A stretch of DNA of 64,000 nucleotides from Haliotis rubra (lineage: Eukaryota). Below, piece by piece: positions 14,085 through 27,272 of the stretch. A program made the translations under genes and the position numbers. The notes beneath the pieces are model-generated. The model saw nothing but the letters and a program-made list of their open reading frames with translations. It did no database searches and had not been told where the DNA came from. Location of the stretch: assembly GCF_003918875.1 (NCBI RefSeq), contig NW_025765536.1:682001-746000 (forward strand), given 5' to 3'. Numbering within the stretch: position 1 is the stretch's first letter; every line of letters starts with the position of its first letter.

Positions 14085-14229
14085 GTTTTTGTCTTATCCA
14101 CTTTTTAGAAATATTCCAGCAATTTAGAATGGGATGTACACCATGGGTTTAGTCACACACTGTGAGGATTGAACCCAGACTGGTGGTGTGATAAGTAAAC
14201 ACTACAACCACTGTGCTAGCACACCACTG
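14085..14229 (-). mobile_element. Highly diverged SINE, family A
   Basis: aatattccagcaat, ggattgaaccc and aaccactg..cta..acaccactg remnants in family-A order. Confidence 0.55.
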
Positions 14230-15068
14230 ATTTGATCAAAGCAATCTCTCACTGCCTCTAAGTGGATATCCTCCAACAATTCACTTATCATATTCCCAAG
14301 ACCACCTCCAACTATTGTATTATCATGGCTACAAAGGCACTTCAAAGTGGGTTGGTAAAGAGTTGAAAGAGCTTCACAGTTCTTTCCTTGAAGACATATA
14401 ACTCACATTACTCAATTATTTGCAACCTTTTGTTTTCCATCTATATCAATCAGTGAGACTAACGCATTTGAATATACCACTGGAGTTCCTGTCCAATGTG
14501 TGAAGTTGGCGTGACCTTTCTCGTCAAACGACAAGCATCAAAGATGGAAAATACCAGAGGTGATGCCCTCAGCTATCAGTTATTCCGACAGAATAATAAT
14601 CCAATATATGACCTGAGAATCACAGATACACTAGTTCTCTTGAGATCTATTTCATCCAACCCAATCCCACTTTTAGTTTAGTCATCGCTGATCAAACAAT
14701 AAATGTAATAAACACAGCGCATAAGTGAAATGATTGATTTGTCAATATACATGTTCTGGGCTGGAGAGTGTTCATTCATGACCCTGATTAAGGTTATGTG
14801 CAATCAACTAAAAACAATATATATTCATTGTCAGGGCTTGTCTATGAAGCCATAAGATCTTGTTATGGATACCAAAATTCAACCTTGTCAAGTCATAAAG
14901 TCATTTTTCAAATATACACCTGTCAGACAATTCAGAAATAATTTAGAAATCAAAAGACACTACTTTTTATTACATGAAGCAAATACTAAACAACACCATT
15001 TATTCATAGGTTTTGTAAACGGAATGTTTCTTCCAATAAACAAGAAGCCATAAGGTCAAGAGAATTAT

Positions 15069-15315
15069 CGTGAGTGAGTGAGTTTAGTTTTACGCCGCAC
15101 TCAGCAATATTCCAGCTATATGGCGGCGGTCTGTAAATAATTGAATCTGGACCAGACAAGCCAGTGATCAACAGCACGAGCATCGATCTACGCAATTGGG
15201 ATACACTGACCTTTGTCAACCAAGTCAGCAAACCTGACCACCTGATCCCAATAGTTGCCTCTTTCGACAAGCATGGGTTACTAAAGATGAATTCTAACCC
15301 AGATCTTCACAGATT
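15069..15315 (-). mobile_element. Full-length family B retroposon
   Basis: Matches the other B copies, with (ACTC)n tail. 11-bp TSD aagagaattat at 15058-15068 and 15316-15326. Confidence 0.9.
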
Positions 15316-15758
15316 AAGAGAATTATGGTAGCAACAAACATACATGGCAAAAGTCAGCAGATGAATTTGGCCAGTCCTTGGCACCTACAAGCACAAGTAA
15401 CTAAATCCCTTGAAGAAGAGTGTTAAATCCCATAACACACCATAAATACCATTCCCTCTCACATCTTGATAGTAACAGCCTGTACATATCTCTTTGTTGA
15501 TAAGGAATTGCAGTGTATACTTTTGAGACTGCATCTAAATGACAGTTGCCCAGACATACATCACAGACTGTAGGTGAATCAGGTAGGACTATTCTGGGGG
15601 GTAATTACCAAGGCAACTTGCTGATTCAATTATGATCATGTAGATGCCAAACAGACCCACTCTAGTTTCTAATTCAGTAATTGTTGAATTCAATTTAGAG
15701 TCTCTAAAATACAACAGAACTTTCCACGGAAATTAGATTATTACCCTGTAATTGGGCC

Positions 15759-15930
15759 TCATGTACATTTCAGGGTAGACATGTCCATTTGGTTTAAACA
15801 TATTTATTTCATGAAAAAGCAAAGAAAGAATTTTCATGAACTGGATTGGTCAACAAGCTCAAAAGACATGTCCATTTCAGGGTAGACATGTACATTTCAG
15901 GGTAGATATGTACATTTCGGGGTAGACAGT
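15759..15930. repeat. 20-bp repeat catgtacatttcagggtaga (1 isolated + 3 tandem copies)
   Basis: Directly visible. Confidence 0.75.
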
Positions 15931-17742
15931 GACACATTTGCCTTAAAACATGAAGCCATAATCAGATGACTGGTAGTGATGTTAAAGTTGGTATGACAAT
16001 AGTATAGACACAAAATAAGTTGTTGTTGTTGTGGTGTTGTCACAAACTCATTAAATATACTCAATTGCAACACTATTCAGCTGAATAGACAACAGTGGTA
16101 TAAACACTTTGTACATATGACAACTCAGTCTCTTGATTGCTACAAATCAAAATCTGTTTTAAATAATTCCACATAATTTCTAGACACTTTCAACCTATTC
16201 CATCTGTTGATAAAACTAGAGGGTTTTGATGATAAATGGACCAACGGATTCTGTGAAGAAAATCACCCCAGTGTAGAAAAACATTCCACAAACTGAAAAC
16301 ATTGTTTCAGAAAACAAATGATCTTGTGTAAGTTTAAACATTTCAAGTGTGGTATGAATGGCCATTAACACAATTACATAATGATAATCTATTAAAGTAT
16401 TAAACTGGCATACATTAACACTTAAGCTTGTTTGAGTTCATTTATTCCACATAGGTTATCTCTGAGTGATCGTGTTATCATGTAAGTGCTGATGTTATCA
16501 TGTAAGTGACCAAGCACCCTTGTCCAATGTTCAGTCACAATCAGTTACACACGTTAAAAACCAAAGCTTGTTATCATAAATATAGGAGAACCAGATAGCA
16601 AAAGAATAGATTGAAAGGATAAGCTGTGATCATTTCACAGTTAATATACAAAGCATTATCATAAGCAGAGACAAATACAAAAAGGAATAATGTTTTGTAA
16701 ATGACAAGTTTACTAAGATAAATATCCCTTTCTAATAACCATCGACCAACAGGTACATTGTCACAATGTATACACAGATCCATAAACTAAAAGGAAAGTG
16801 TAGAAACTCGTAGGAAAGTTAAAAATGCCTGGCAAAGTTTACTAAATGTAAATACAACTGGTCAAAAGGCATGCATGAGAATGTTGTGACCAAGAGAAAG
16901 CATATGAATGGTCAAGTTGACCAACTAGGCCCCAGTGACATCCCTTGTCCTCCAAGGAAAGAGGGACTGTCACAAAAGTTTGCCAAAGTTGACAAAGTTT
17001 CCCAAATGCAGACATCTTGTACAAAGTTGCATGCACTTATAACTTGCCTGATCTGAGCCAGTGAGTGTCAATCCGTTGTGAGATCAATCAACCATTGTTT
17101 AGCTAGTCCAGCATCAACAGGTATAGCGGTACAGTGATAGAGATGCTCTGTCTCCACGCTATGCTGCTCAGGGCCCCCACGCTTGTGACATCGCCTGATT
17201 GGTCAGTTCCTCACTTGTGATGAAACCCAACACCTAGCAACTGCCCTAGGCAAATCTGACTCCTGCCTCCATCACATCTGGGAGGTTCATTGACAGAGTG
17301 TAGCAATATTGTTGGGGAAGGGGACGGGAGGGTTTGCTGGGGGTCCTACTCTATGGGAATGGGGGTCACTGAGTAGGGCGTTGTGGTACTGTGGGGAGGA
17401 GAATGGGTTAGGAAGTGTGTGGGACTCCTCTACATGGGGTTGGGGCTTTATAGAAAGTGTACAGAACACCATTATGAAGTGAGATAAGAAAGATGTACTG
17501 AGGTGTTGGGGGTACAGGTTACTACATGGTGTTGGGGGTGACAGGGGTCAGGGTGTAGGGTGTGTTGGGGTACTGTGGAGGGAGGGGGCATCATCACACA
17601 CAGACATACACCCAAGAGCTAGGAAAGTACAGAAGAACAAAAGAAAAAGATGCTAATAGACATTTTCAGCATTAATGACTAAAATCTTTTAGGGACAGCC
17701 TGCTATTAAACTCTGTAAACATCCCTTGGATCTACAGTGTGG

Positions 17743-18050
17743 GGAGGCAGGGTGAGGTAGATGTGCTTATTCAAGGATCTACACTATTGGGAGGGTGAGG
17801 TAGATGTGCTTATTCAAGGATCTACACTACTGGGAGGGTGAGATAGATGTGCTTATTCAAGGATCTACACTACTGGGAGGGTGAGATAGATATGCTTATT
17901 CAAGGATCTACACTACTGGGAGGGTGAGATAGATGTGCTTATTCAAGGATCTACACTACTGGGAGGGTGAGATAGATGTGCTTATTCAAGGATCTACTAC
18001 TATTGGGAGGGTGAGATAGATGTGCTTATTCAAGGATCTACATTATGGGG
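17743..18050. repeat. Minisatellite, 43-bp unit gggagggtgagatagatgtgcttattcaaggatctacactact, ~7 copies
   Basis: Units start at 17789, 17832, 17875, 17918 and 17961, head-to-tail with no spacers. Confidence 0.95.
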
Positions 18051-20889
18051 AGAGTGAGGCCTTCTAGAATGATCTACAGTATGGAGAGGTAGGGGAAGCA
18101 GATAATAGGTAGTAAGATACCATTGGTAGGGGTGTATTGGATTCAGGAATAAGGCTTGTAAAAGGTATGGGATTTTGGAGGTTAAGGAAGAGGAATTTGT
18201 GCTTGTCACAATGTGTTCTGGGATATACATGGGTTCAGGGGTATGGGGGTATCAGAACCTAGGTACACTTGCTTCAAGGCTGTACTGAATGCTGAGCCCA
18301 TGGATGTACAGTAATTCTATCCCTCAAAGAGGCAAGTCTAGAAGGATCCCAATCTGATATTTATTACACTTTTAGAAATTATCATTTAAACTATTAATTT
18401 TTACCTTAGGGACTTGTGCAAGTCTACAACCTAGGCTACAACTGAGGATCATGGTAGCATCTGATACCTGGGGCGAGGTCAGTGTCCACACAGACCAACA
18501 CCACATGGCAGTGGGGCTTTAATGAGCTGCAGGTAACTTCAATGAGGACAGCAGGAGGTAGTGACTACACACCACAGAGGGACACCTCACTGACAAATGT
18601 CCACCATATGGACCCAGCTTTGACAAAGGCCAGACTGACCGGCAGGGAGGGGTGTCATTCACTGTATTTACAACCATGATGGACCAGGTGGAATGGTTTT
18701 ATTGCCATGATTGCTTTATAGAGTGGGGATGAGGTTGTTGACGCTGACATACAACCAGCATGAAGGCTATGAGCCGTACATTCCAAAGGTTGAGTATGTA
18801 GCACTTACATATGGATTGCATACTTGATGGGATTACGACATACCAGTTACCTGATCCTTTGAACAGGTACCAACAAACACAAACCAACAAACAGTGCCCC
18901 AAATAAAGAAATGGCCATCTTTTATTTCATTTAATAAATCATGAACCTTTATCTTCAAAAATATATTCATTTAATTATTCCAATTGTAGGCTTGTGACTT
19001 TAAAGAATCGTTTTTAATAATAAACAAATTTCTCCCATTTTACTGACAGATTAAAAAACACTCAAAATGTTTAAAACAGATTTATGAAAATGTTTGAAAA
19101 TTTAAATCAAATAGGTCATACTGATATGGAACCAGCTGATGATCTGCTTTGAACTGATAACTGATAGCACACCGACAGGTGAGTGATCAAACAAATTCGT
19201 TAAGTTGACAGGTGTGAAAATGTTGGCAGGCAGTGTCAATGATAATATTTTATCTTTCTCCAACTTTAACTTATAAGAATATATGCAGTAATGAGATCTC
19301 AAAATACTCAGAAATGTATTAAAAAGACTACATTTCGACTTAAAGATTTAAATTTCATTTCGGAGGTGTTAACATTTGTAAACAGCGGAGCTTGCTGGTG
19401 CTAGAATGACGGAGATAAGGAGATAACAACAAGCCTGGTTCCAGCAGAGATGAGATGCAATGGGAAGGTGTTATGTAAATCCATTACAATGTAATGTTAT
19501 TTGATAAGGCTTTATAAACACAAATGGATGGAGGCCCCTTGGGAACAAAACTATACCATAGTGCCAGGATTTACTGTTTAATTCAAATTCTATTTTCCAA
19601 AAGTGCAATGAACTGTAAGAACCTAGATAAGAATCTGTTTTTCAAATTGATTAAAAATTAAATTCAATTACATTTTTTTTAATGTAAACATTTGCACCGG
19701 TTGTAATTTTGTTTTTCTTTCAAATTATCATTTCTTCTTTAACACAAGATACAAATTGAATGTATAAAGATTTTTTATACCAGTGTGAAATTAGTGTGTG
19801 TGTTTTAGCCCATAACTATGTACCATAGCTTGTAGTCTTTGATTGTTATCCAGATTTGTGTTTTTCCTTGATGGTTTCGCAAAGTACAACACCATATTTG
19901 GTTTGTCTTATAACACAATCAAAAAGGAACCTATGGACAACATAGTTAAGGCTTTTTAGTACTTGTAGCTCTTTTGTCAATCGATGAGTGAGCAACTACT
20001 GTAGACTAACAGCTAGTCTTTGAAATGAACATATTTTACAGAAAAAAAGTTTTTAGATTCAAATAAAATACGATAAAAAGGAGCCCAGAGACTTTCTTCA
20101 TTTTAAGAAACTGGTAATCTAGACTTGCCCCACATTCTAGACTTGCATGGGCTACATTGGGTATATTTGTTTCAGGTCTGTATGACAGACTACAACTAAT
20201 ACTGAATTATTCATACTCCAACTGGACAGTGTACACAAAAATATCTCCCGACTTTTGGTTCCAGTAGGTCCGTAAATAAAAACATAGCATGGACTAAACC
20301 ACAGAAAAGTGTTTTTACTGAAAACATTTAAAATCTTTCCACCACTGAAACATAACATGTTGTGTCCCTATGCAGTAACAACTTGTTCAACTGATTACAA
20401 CTTTGCCATTAAAACAGAAATACCTTTAATCCTTAAATACTGACTTAAAACATGAAATAGGTGTGTTATTGGGGCAAGGGCACAGAATTAGCGCTAACAC
20501 CCACGAGGATCTGTACGCTGATTACACTGTTCACAGGTGGCTTGTTTCGTCATTACCTCTGATTAATGCACCAAATGAAACATGTGTCAGGACATGTGTT
20601 TTACATCTACATTACCTTTGAACACAGGCCAAGTTGGAATTGGTTGACAAATTGATGCTAAATTTACAAAATCCTTAATCAGAAATGCAACAGGCAAAAG
20701 AAATTGTAATTAACTTTCTGCAAGGCCATTGCCTTTAGGTGAAATTACAACCTGTTTCATAACTTACTTTTATCATAATACTGACATCATTCAATACATA
20801 GATAATACAAGATAACTTTAAATTTCAGGAATCTGAATTTAGTAGACTACAGAAATAAATCTGGTCTTGGAAATATTGATTTCAATTTA

Positions 20890-21018
20890 ATTGTTTGTTG
20901 TTTAACGCTGCTCTCAGCAATATTCCAGCTATAGTGCGGCAGTCTGTAAATAATTGAGTCTGGACCAGACAATCCAGTGATCAACAGCATGAACATTGAT
21001 CTACGTAATTGGGATACA
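20890..21018 (-). mobile_element. 5'-truncated family B copy
   Basis: 3' half of the B consensus with an (AAC/AAAC)-type tail. Confidence 0.85.
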
Positions 21019-22596
21019 ATAAGTTTTAATTCAAAGTGACACAAGGTTCAGTCAATCTGACAATCATTAACAATTTTTGATTAAAGTAATCAAACATCAA
21101 TTATTTTCTCTGTTTAGATATATAACTACTTTTAATTGATGTTATTTAAAAATCAAATTTGGGTGATTTATGAATATACTCATTGGAAAAGTTAACACCA
21201 CATTAAATACTACATCCAGACCTCCATTGACATTGGACAGGTTCTCCTCAAACCGCTGGACCCATGTCCGCGTTCAGTGAAATTTGTGGACTTGTAACTT
21301 TCACTCCTATCCAATACAGATCAAAATCTGTTCAAAATAATGTTAGTACAGCGTCACTGACATACACTATCTGAATATTATTTTTTAAGATTTGATAGAT
21401 TTGAGATGAAGTAAGAAATCTGAACAACAAATAACACTGAAATCAATCTGCCTACCTTTGTGCATTAAATCCACATCTAAAGCATGTACAGTGGTATCAA
21501 TGTGTATCTACACAATAACACTGAACCCATCATTGTAGAATATGTACGTTATTATGCTATGGAAGTACTTCAGGGTCACATGACCAGTTGTCAACGAGGG
21601 TGGCTACAACTACGAAACTATTCCATTCTTTCATCCCAGATTGACGTTCCCACCGCAGACTGTACATCTGTACAGCAGTTCCTGCAATAACACCATCATA
21701 AACTCCACGGTACAGAAGCCAGCCAAGAACCGAAATAACTGTAACTGTAATCTATTTATTGTCCTAGAAGGGATTGACCATAGCTAGTCTTGCTGTACTA
21801 GTTTCTAGCCTCAGTAGAACAATAGCACGGCCACCACGGGAGACCAGCAATAAACTGACATTCACTTGTAAAAGGACAAATTTTAATGCATGGTTGTAAT
21901 TAAATTCCCGATTTTCTTAAGTTTTCATTACTCCATGTGTTACCCAGGCTATAAGAGAGCTAATGCTGAAATGAAATTGCGAATGTTTCACTTCGGGGAG
22001 TCCAGTTAATTCAATCTTGCACCTATTCCGTGTGTCAATGAGTTTAATTTCACAATAGATGTCAAATAAATTGGCTTTTATTTGTGCAGCATATTCTTTC
22101 TCCTGTAATAATCTTGATCTTTCATTCCCATACCTGTTTTTAGTACATAATTCCTGTTTTAGTCTTTTTTAACTACAAATTTTTAACTGAATCAATTTCA
22201 GCGTTTTCCTGTCCACTCTATGGTTAAACACATAAATTATTACTGAAATGAATGTCAGTTTGACCGTCCATTCACTATAACATTAAAGACAAAATCTCAA
22301 TTTACAGTAAATGTAACTAAAGAAAAATACATTAAGAAAAATGTGGCTGTTTTTCCGCCATGTTCTAATGCTAGAATCAAATCATATTTGTATACTGTAA
22401 ATATTTTGAGGCCTGTTGATCCTTGTGAATGCTTTCAGCGATTCTAAACAAATAGAGCTTTTCCAAGTGGACCTGCCTGGAGGAGACCTGTGTGTGACTA
22501 GTGGTGAGATTCTCCCTGTACCTGAAGGACTGACACACACACACACTCAGCTACCCTCTCCTCAACATGGACGTAAGATCACAGCCTTCGTCCATG

Positions 22597-22754
22597 AGAC
22601 TGACTGAGTTTAGTTTTACGCCGCTTTTAGCAATATTCCAGCAATATCACGCCATGGGACACCAGAAATGGGCTTCACACATTGTACCCATGTGGGGAGT
22701 CGAACCCAGGCGTGACGAGCGAACGCTTTAACCACTTAGCTACCCCACACCCCT
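22597..22754 (-). mobile_element. tRNA-derived SINE, family A
   Basis: Reverse complement of the family A consensus, with a small deletion before the B box. Confidence 0.9.
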
Positions 22755-23086
22755 GTCAACGAAACCATCTTAGCATTAAGATGATCGTTATTCCTTTACC
22801 TTAACACAGACATACAACAGTTGTTCCAAACAAGACTGAGCACTAATCTGATCTAGATGAGACTGAAGTGAGTGAGTAAGTATTGCTGAACGCCATATCA
22901 GCAATTTCGTTGCTATGAGACTAAAGGGCTGGATTCATACACAAACACAGACATATGACACAGACACACAGTTGTAGTGTTCAGATCTCTATCTGGGATG
23001 ATCCCTGATCTGAATTTCAGAGACAGGAAGGCAAACTTTCATCTTCATACATAGGTGTACAACATTTGTATTGCTCAGACCATCAA

Positions 23087-23361
23087 TGAGTGAGTGAGTG
23101 AGTTTAGTTTTACGCTGCACTCAGCAATATTCCAGCAATATGGCGGCGGTCTGTAAATAATCGAGTCTGGACCAGACAATCCAGTGATCAACAGCATGAG
23201 CATCGATCTGCGCAATTGGGAACCGATGACATGTGTCAACCAAGTCAGCGAGCCTGACCACCCGATCCCATTAGTCACCTTTTACGACAAGCATAGTCGC
23301 CTTTTGTGGCAAGCATGGGTTGCTGAAGACCTATTCTACCCCGGATCTTCACGGGTCACTA
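23087..23361 (-). mobile_element. Full-length family B retroposon with an internal 22-bp duplication
   Basis: 10-bp TSD agaccatcaa at 23077-23086 and 23362-23371. (ACTC)n tail. Confidence 0.92.
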
Positions 23362-24159
23362 AGACCATCAAGACGAAACTGATCTCAATTAGGCTGAAGG
23401 ATGTAACTGCATGACAATCTTAGCACTAAGATCAGCTTTGTGAAAGTGTGGTCCTAATGGGATATTTATTCTCAACACCAAAGAATCCTTCAATGTTTCA
23501 TTCTTGAAAACAAGAACTGCAGAGTCATCTGCCAGTCAGTGTAGGAAACAGAGATCTGAATGGCGATGGTTTGTGTAGGAAAGTTTGCCTGTGTGGTATG
23601 AAGTGGAAACACTAAACACAGAATAAAACACCTCCACATTTGACACGTGGCAGCAGGGAAGATATATCTGCTTGAAATCCATTCAATCACTTGATCCTCC
23701 TTACTAGGTGAGGAAGAAGCATTATGGCCGGCCTTTCTGACATGGGTATTTGTGCGAACAGGACTTATCAAGAAAATGGATCCTTGTTTGGTAAATAGGA
23801 ACCAGACCTATAGCAAAATAAGATAAGGGCATGTGAAATAGGAATCTGTTTGGATATTGATGATGGAGATATTGAACTTCATTCCACCTGCTCCCAAAAC
23901 AAACACTGGTTTCACCCTGACACCTTCATCTCTCCCTCTCCCTTCCTGCCCCCCTCCACTTGTGCCATGTTTCTCAGTATCAGTATGTGTAACAAACTGT
24001 TGCCATTTTCAAACTATAACACGAAATTAATTAAACATTTGGGTTGACAAAGAGCTATTAAAACTAAACATCATATTCACACTGTTACACTTTTGAAAAA
24101 CAACAACCAAAAATAGCTTATTTTTAAAAACAGTGACCTCCCTCCCTTCAAAGACCTCC

Positions 24160-24335
24160 CCCCCACACACACACCTTTCTCTCTCATGCACACACACAAA
24201 ATACACACAGACAGACACACACACACACACATGAGCAGATGCATGCACACACATACAGCCACACAGGCATGCATGCACTCACACACAAACACATGCATGC
24301 ACGTACACGTGCATGCACACACACACACACAGACA
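24160..24335. repeat. Compound (CA)n / (CATG) microsatellite
   Basis: Directly visible. It explains the His/Thr- and Cys/Val-rich ORFs here. Confidence 0.9.
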
Positions 24336-25839
24336 GAGCCTAATCCCTTGCTCATACATACTGCTGTACCATGTAGACCCATTATACATCATTGTCTTCA
24401 CAGCTATGCTACTTGGCTCTAGAGTGTTCGGCCCATTGTCTTACAAACTGCTAATCTGGTACAGATACACCTGCAATAATCCCACTCCACAACGTTTTGA
24501 AGTCGTATCAACCCTTGGACCTCAGCCTACCACAGAAATACCTGCCATAAATGACTAATGAAATCCAGGTGGGTCCCATATACAACCCACATCCCCCCCT
24601 CCACAAACAACCCCTCCCTCTCCTTGTTCCACACTTCCTGGTAGAACCATGTGCCTATCCTCTCCCATACCCAATCTGTAACATGTTGTGTCGGAACTCG
24701 CAACACAACCATTTTACCTGTACAGGTGCACCAAACCAGTTATTACCAAAACTTTAAGGGCATTTTATTCCTGCTCCTTGTCTTTGGCAATAAAATATAA
24801 GTTTGGTTGACTTTTCTAGAATTCCTCTCCCTTCATCGAAGTGTAATACTAGTAGTTGCACTAGAATACAGAGCTGCCAGTTAATTTGGCCAGTAGCCAT
24901 TCCACAGCTTGAAAATTTCCAGCTTAAGACATTAACAAATCATGAATATGCAATAGTTCTCTTTTTTATGTAAGTATTCCTAGTCCTAATCATTGCTAAA
25001 CCAATACTGTTTCATTGTTTACACATAAACACAATTATTATTTCCTTAATTACCTGTACTACGTTGATTTTTCTTAAAATTAGAATAAAACTGAAACAGT
25101 CTTAACATAAGGTAAATATGCCTTGTATTGTAGAGTTATTACATTACCGTTATGTCCTATGTCAGCAACAGACAGTATGATGTACAACGTTGCTCTATTC
25201 AGGGAACTACTGACCCTTTTATCGCCAAAATAATCATAAATCAAGAAAAAACTAAATTGAGGTAATAAATCCTGGTTTATTTAGTAGTCGCTTCTTAAAC
25301 TATTAGCCTTGTGTCATCACTGTCTAACCCCACCGCACATCTCATCATCTGGCGGCCTCTGTCCAGCTGACCATTAATCACTTCCTCCTGTACCGGCAGC
25401 CTCCTCCCGTCAAAGGAAGGTTGACCGGCTGTCGGTCAGCTGCCTGCCACGGCCACCAAGCGGTAATCATTACCACGGGCTAATAAAACAATAGTTCAAA
25501 GATCAGGCCGGTCTGTTTTACGGCCATGTTAATAATTTGTTGATACATTACAGAATTAGTGCTTCGCTGTAACGGCCCTAAAGGGAGAGCAAATATTAGC
25601 CTACTGTTTTTGGTTTTGTGTGGAAAATGTTCCTTTATTGACTTGTATCATATAATGTGCCTTGTATTGGTCCATGAGGAGGTGGTAATCAACTGGCCTC
25701 GGGCGGGCTTGGTGAAAATGTGAAACAACAATTGAGCAAGTAGTTCACAGAAGATTGAGACCGGAAAATAGAGACAATATCTGGTTCACAAGAGATTTGG
25801 ACTTCAAGGTAGAAACTTGAGATTAGATCTGGTTCATGA

Positions 25840-26027
25840 GAGTGAGTGAGTGAGGGAGCGAGCGAGTTATTTATTTTACATCCATTTTAGCAATATTCCA
25901 GCAACACCACGGCGGGAGACCAGAAATGGGCTTCACACATTGTACCCATGTGGTGAATTTAGGGAATGGACCAGGGTCTTCGGCGTGACGAGCGAACACT
26001 TTAACCACTAGGCTACCCCACCGCCCC
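25840..26027 (-). mobile_element. tRNA-derived SINE, family A
   Basis: Reverse complement of the consensus, with the B box disrupted by a short insertion. Confidence 0.9.
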
Positions 26028-26972
26028 AACCGAGATTGGACGATAGAGACTTAAGACTAGATCTGGTTCCAGAAACTGAGACTGGAAAGTAGATACATGA
26101 GACTGAATCACTGTCTGGTTCAACGAGACTGGATCACTGTCTGGTTCATACAGGCTGGATCATGGGGTCTGGATCATTGAAACCATTCAAAACTGGTTCA
26201 AAGGCTTGTTCATCAAAGCTGGATCTCAGAGTTCAGAGACTGTTTCATAGTCTGTACCACAGAAATCAGTTCACATAAAATTGGGAATCTGATTTAATCA
26301 GAACAGTTCCGAACAACATCTGACAAAAAGTTACTCAACTAGCACCATATGTTGGCAGATTCCCTTCACTAGGCGCCGGCTGCGAAGACAGTTTGAAACT
26401 GCTAAGAAAACATTCACAACATTGCTCACGACCATCACGTCATGTCCCGAAATGATGATGTATATTCTGCCTCCTTAACTTGGCAGTATTAGATTGGCTA
26501 ATCAAGGCTGGTGACAACATTCACAGCAGTGTATGAGCGGGCAGAATGACTGAAGGTCCCAGGATGTCTGGGGAATGTCTGGCACCTCCTGACTCCAAGA
26601 CAAGCCGTTAATGGTTGCTACCTTTGATGTATTCAAGCAAGGAAGATGACACTCAAGCTTGGGTAAAGTAGGTTTTATCTAAACTCAATTCCATTACACT
26701 AAAAGCAGTCAGGAACTACAATTTTTTAGGACGAGACACTGTCAATTGTTTTCTGATGGATTCTAGCTGCTTTTATCAAATTACATGTGTCACTGACAGA
26801 AACATATGACTGTCAAATGTCAAATTGAAACTTAGATTGGAAGGGGGACAGGCTACACTCAATAGGGGGTAATGGCTACAGCAAATTATGAGCCAAAACA
26901 TTCCCAAATGCAAACCAAACAGATTGCACATGTAACCATATTGTATCTAATACTTACCCCATCTACATTTTG

Positions 26973-27272
26973 ATTGGTTGAGATATGGTCTTGGCATCAG
27001 TTTAGTTGAGATATGGTCTTGGCATCAGTTTAGTTGAGATATGGTCTTGGCATCAGTCTAGTTGAGATATGGTCTTGGCATCAGTTTAGTTGAGATATGG
27101 TCTTGGCATCAGTTTAGTTGAGATATGGTCTTGGCATCAGTTTAGTTGAGATATGGTCTTGGCATCAGTTTAGTTGAGATATGGTCTTGGCATCAGTTTA
27201 GTTGAGATATGGATTTGGCATCAGATTATGTGAGATATGGAAATGGAATCAGATTGGTTGAAATATGGAACT
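26973..27272. repeat. Minisatellite, 28-bp unit tttagttgagatatggtcttggcatcag, ~10 copies
   Basis: Units at 27001, 27029, 27057 and onward. Terminal copies are diverged. Confidence 0.95.

Noticed and set aside
15004-23278. Three similar ORFs (SQLRRSMLMLLITGLSGPDSIIYRPP) as a paralogous peptide family
   Set aside because: They are translations of family B repeat copies.
24027-24558. His/Thr- and Cys/Val-rich ORFs as metal-binding proteins
   Set aside because: Products of the (CA)n microsatellite.
26210-26222. 13-nt match to the miR-2 family (minus strand)
   Set aside because: The seed region does not match and no precursor hairpin is evident.
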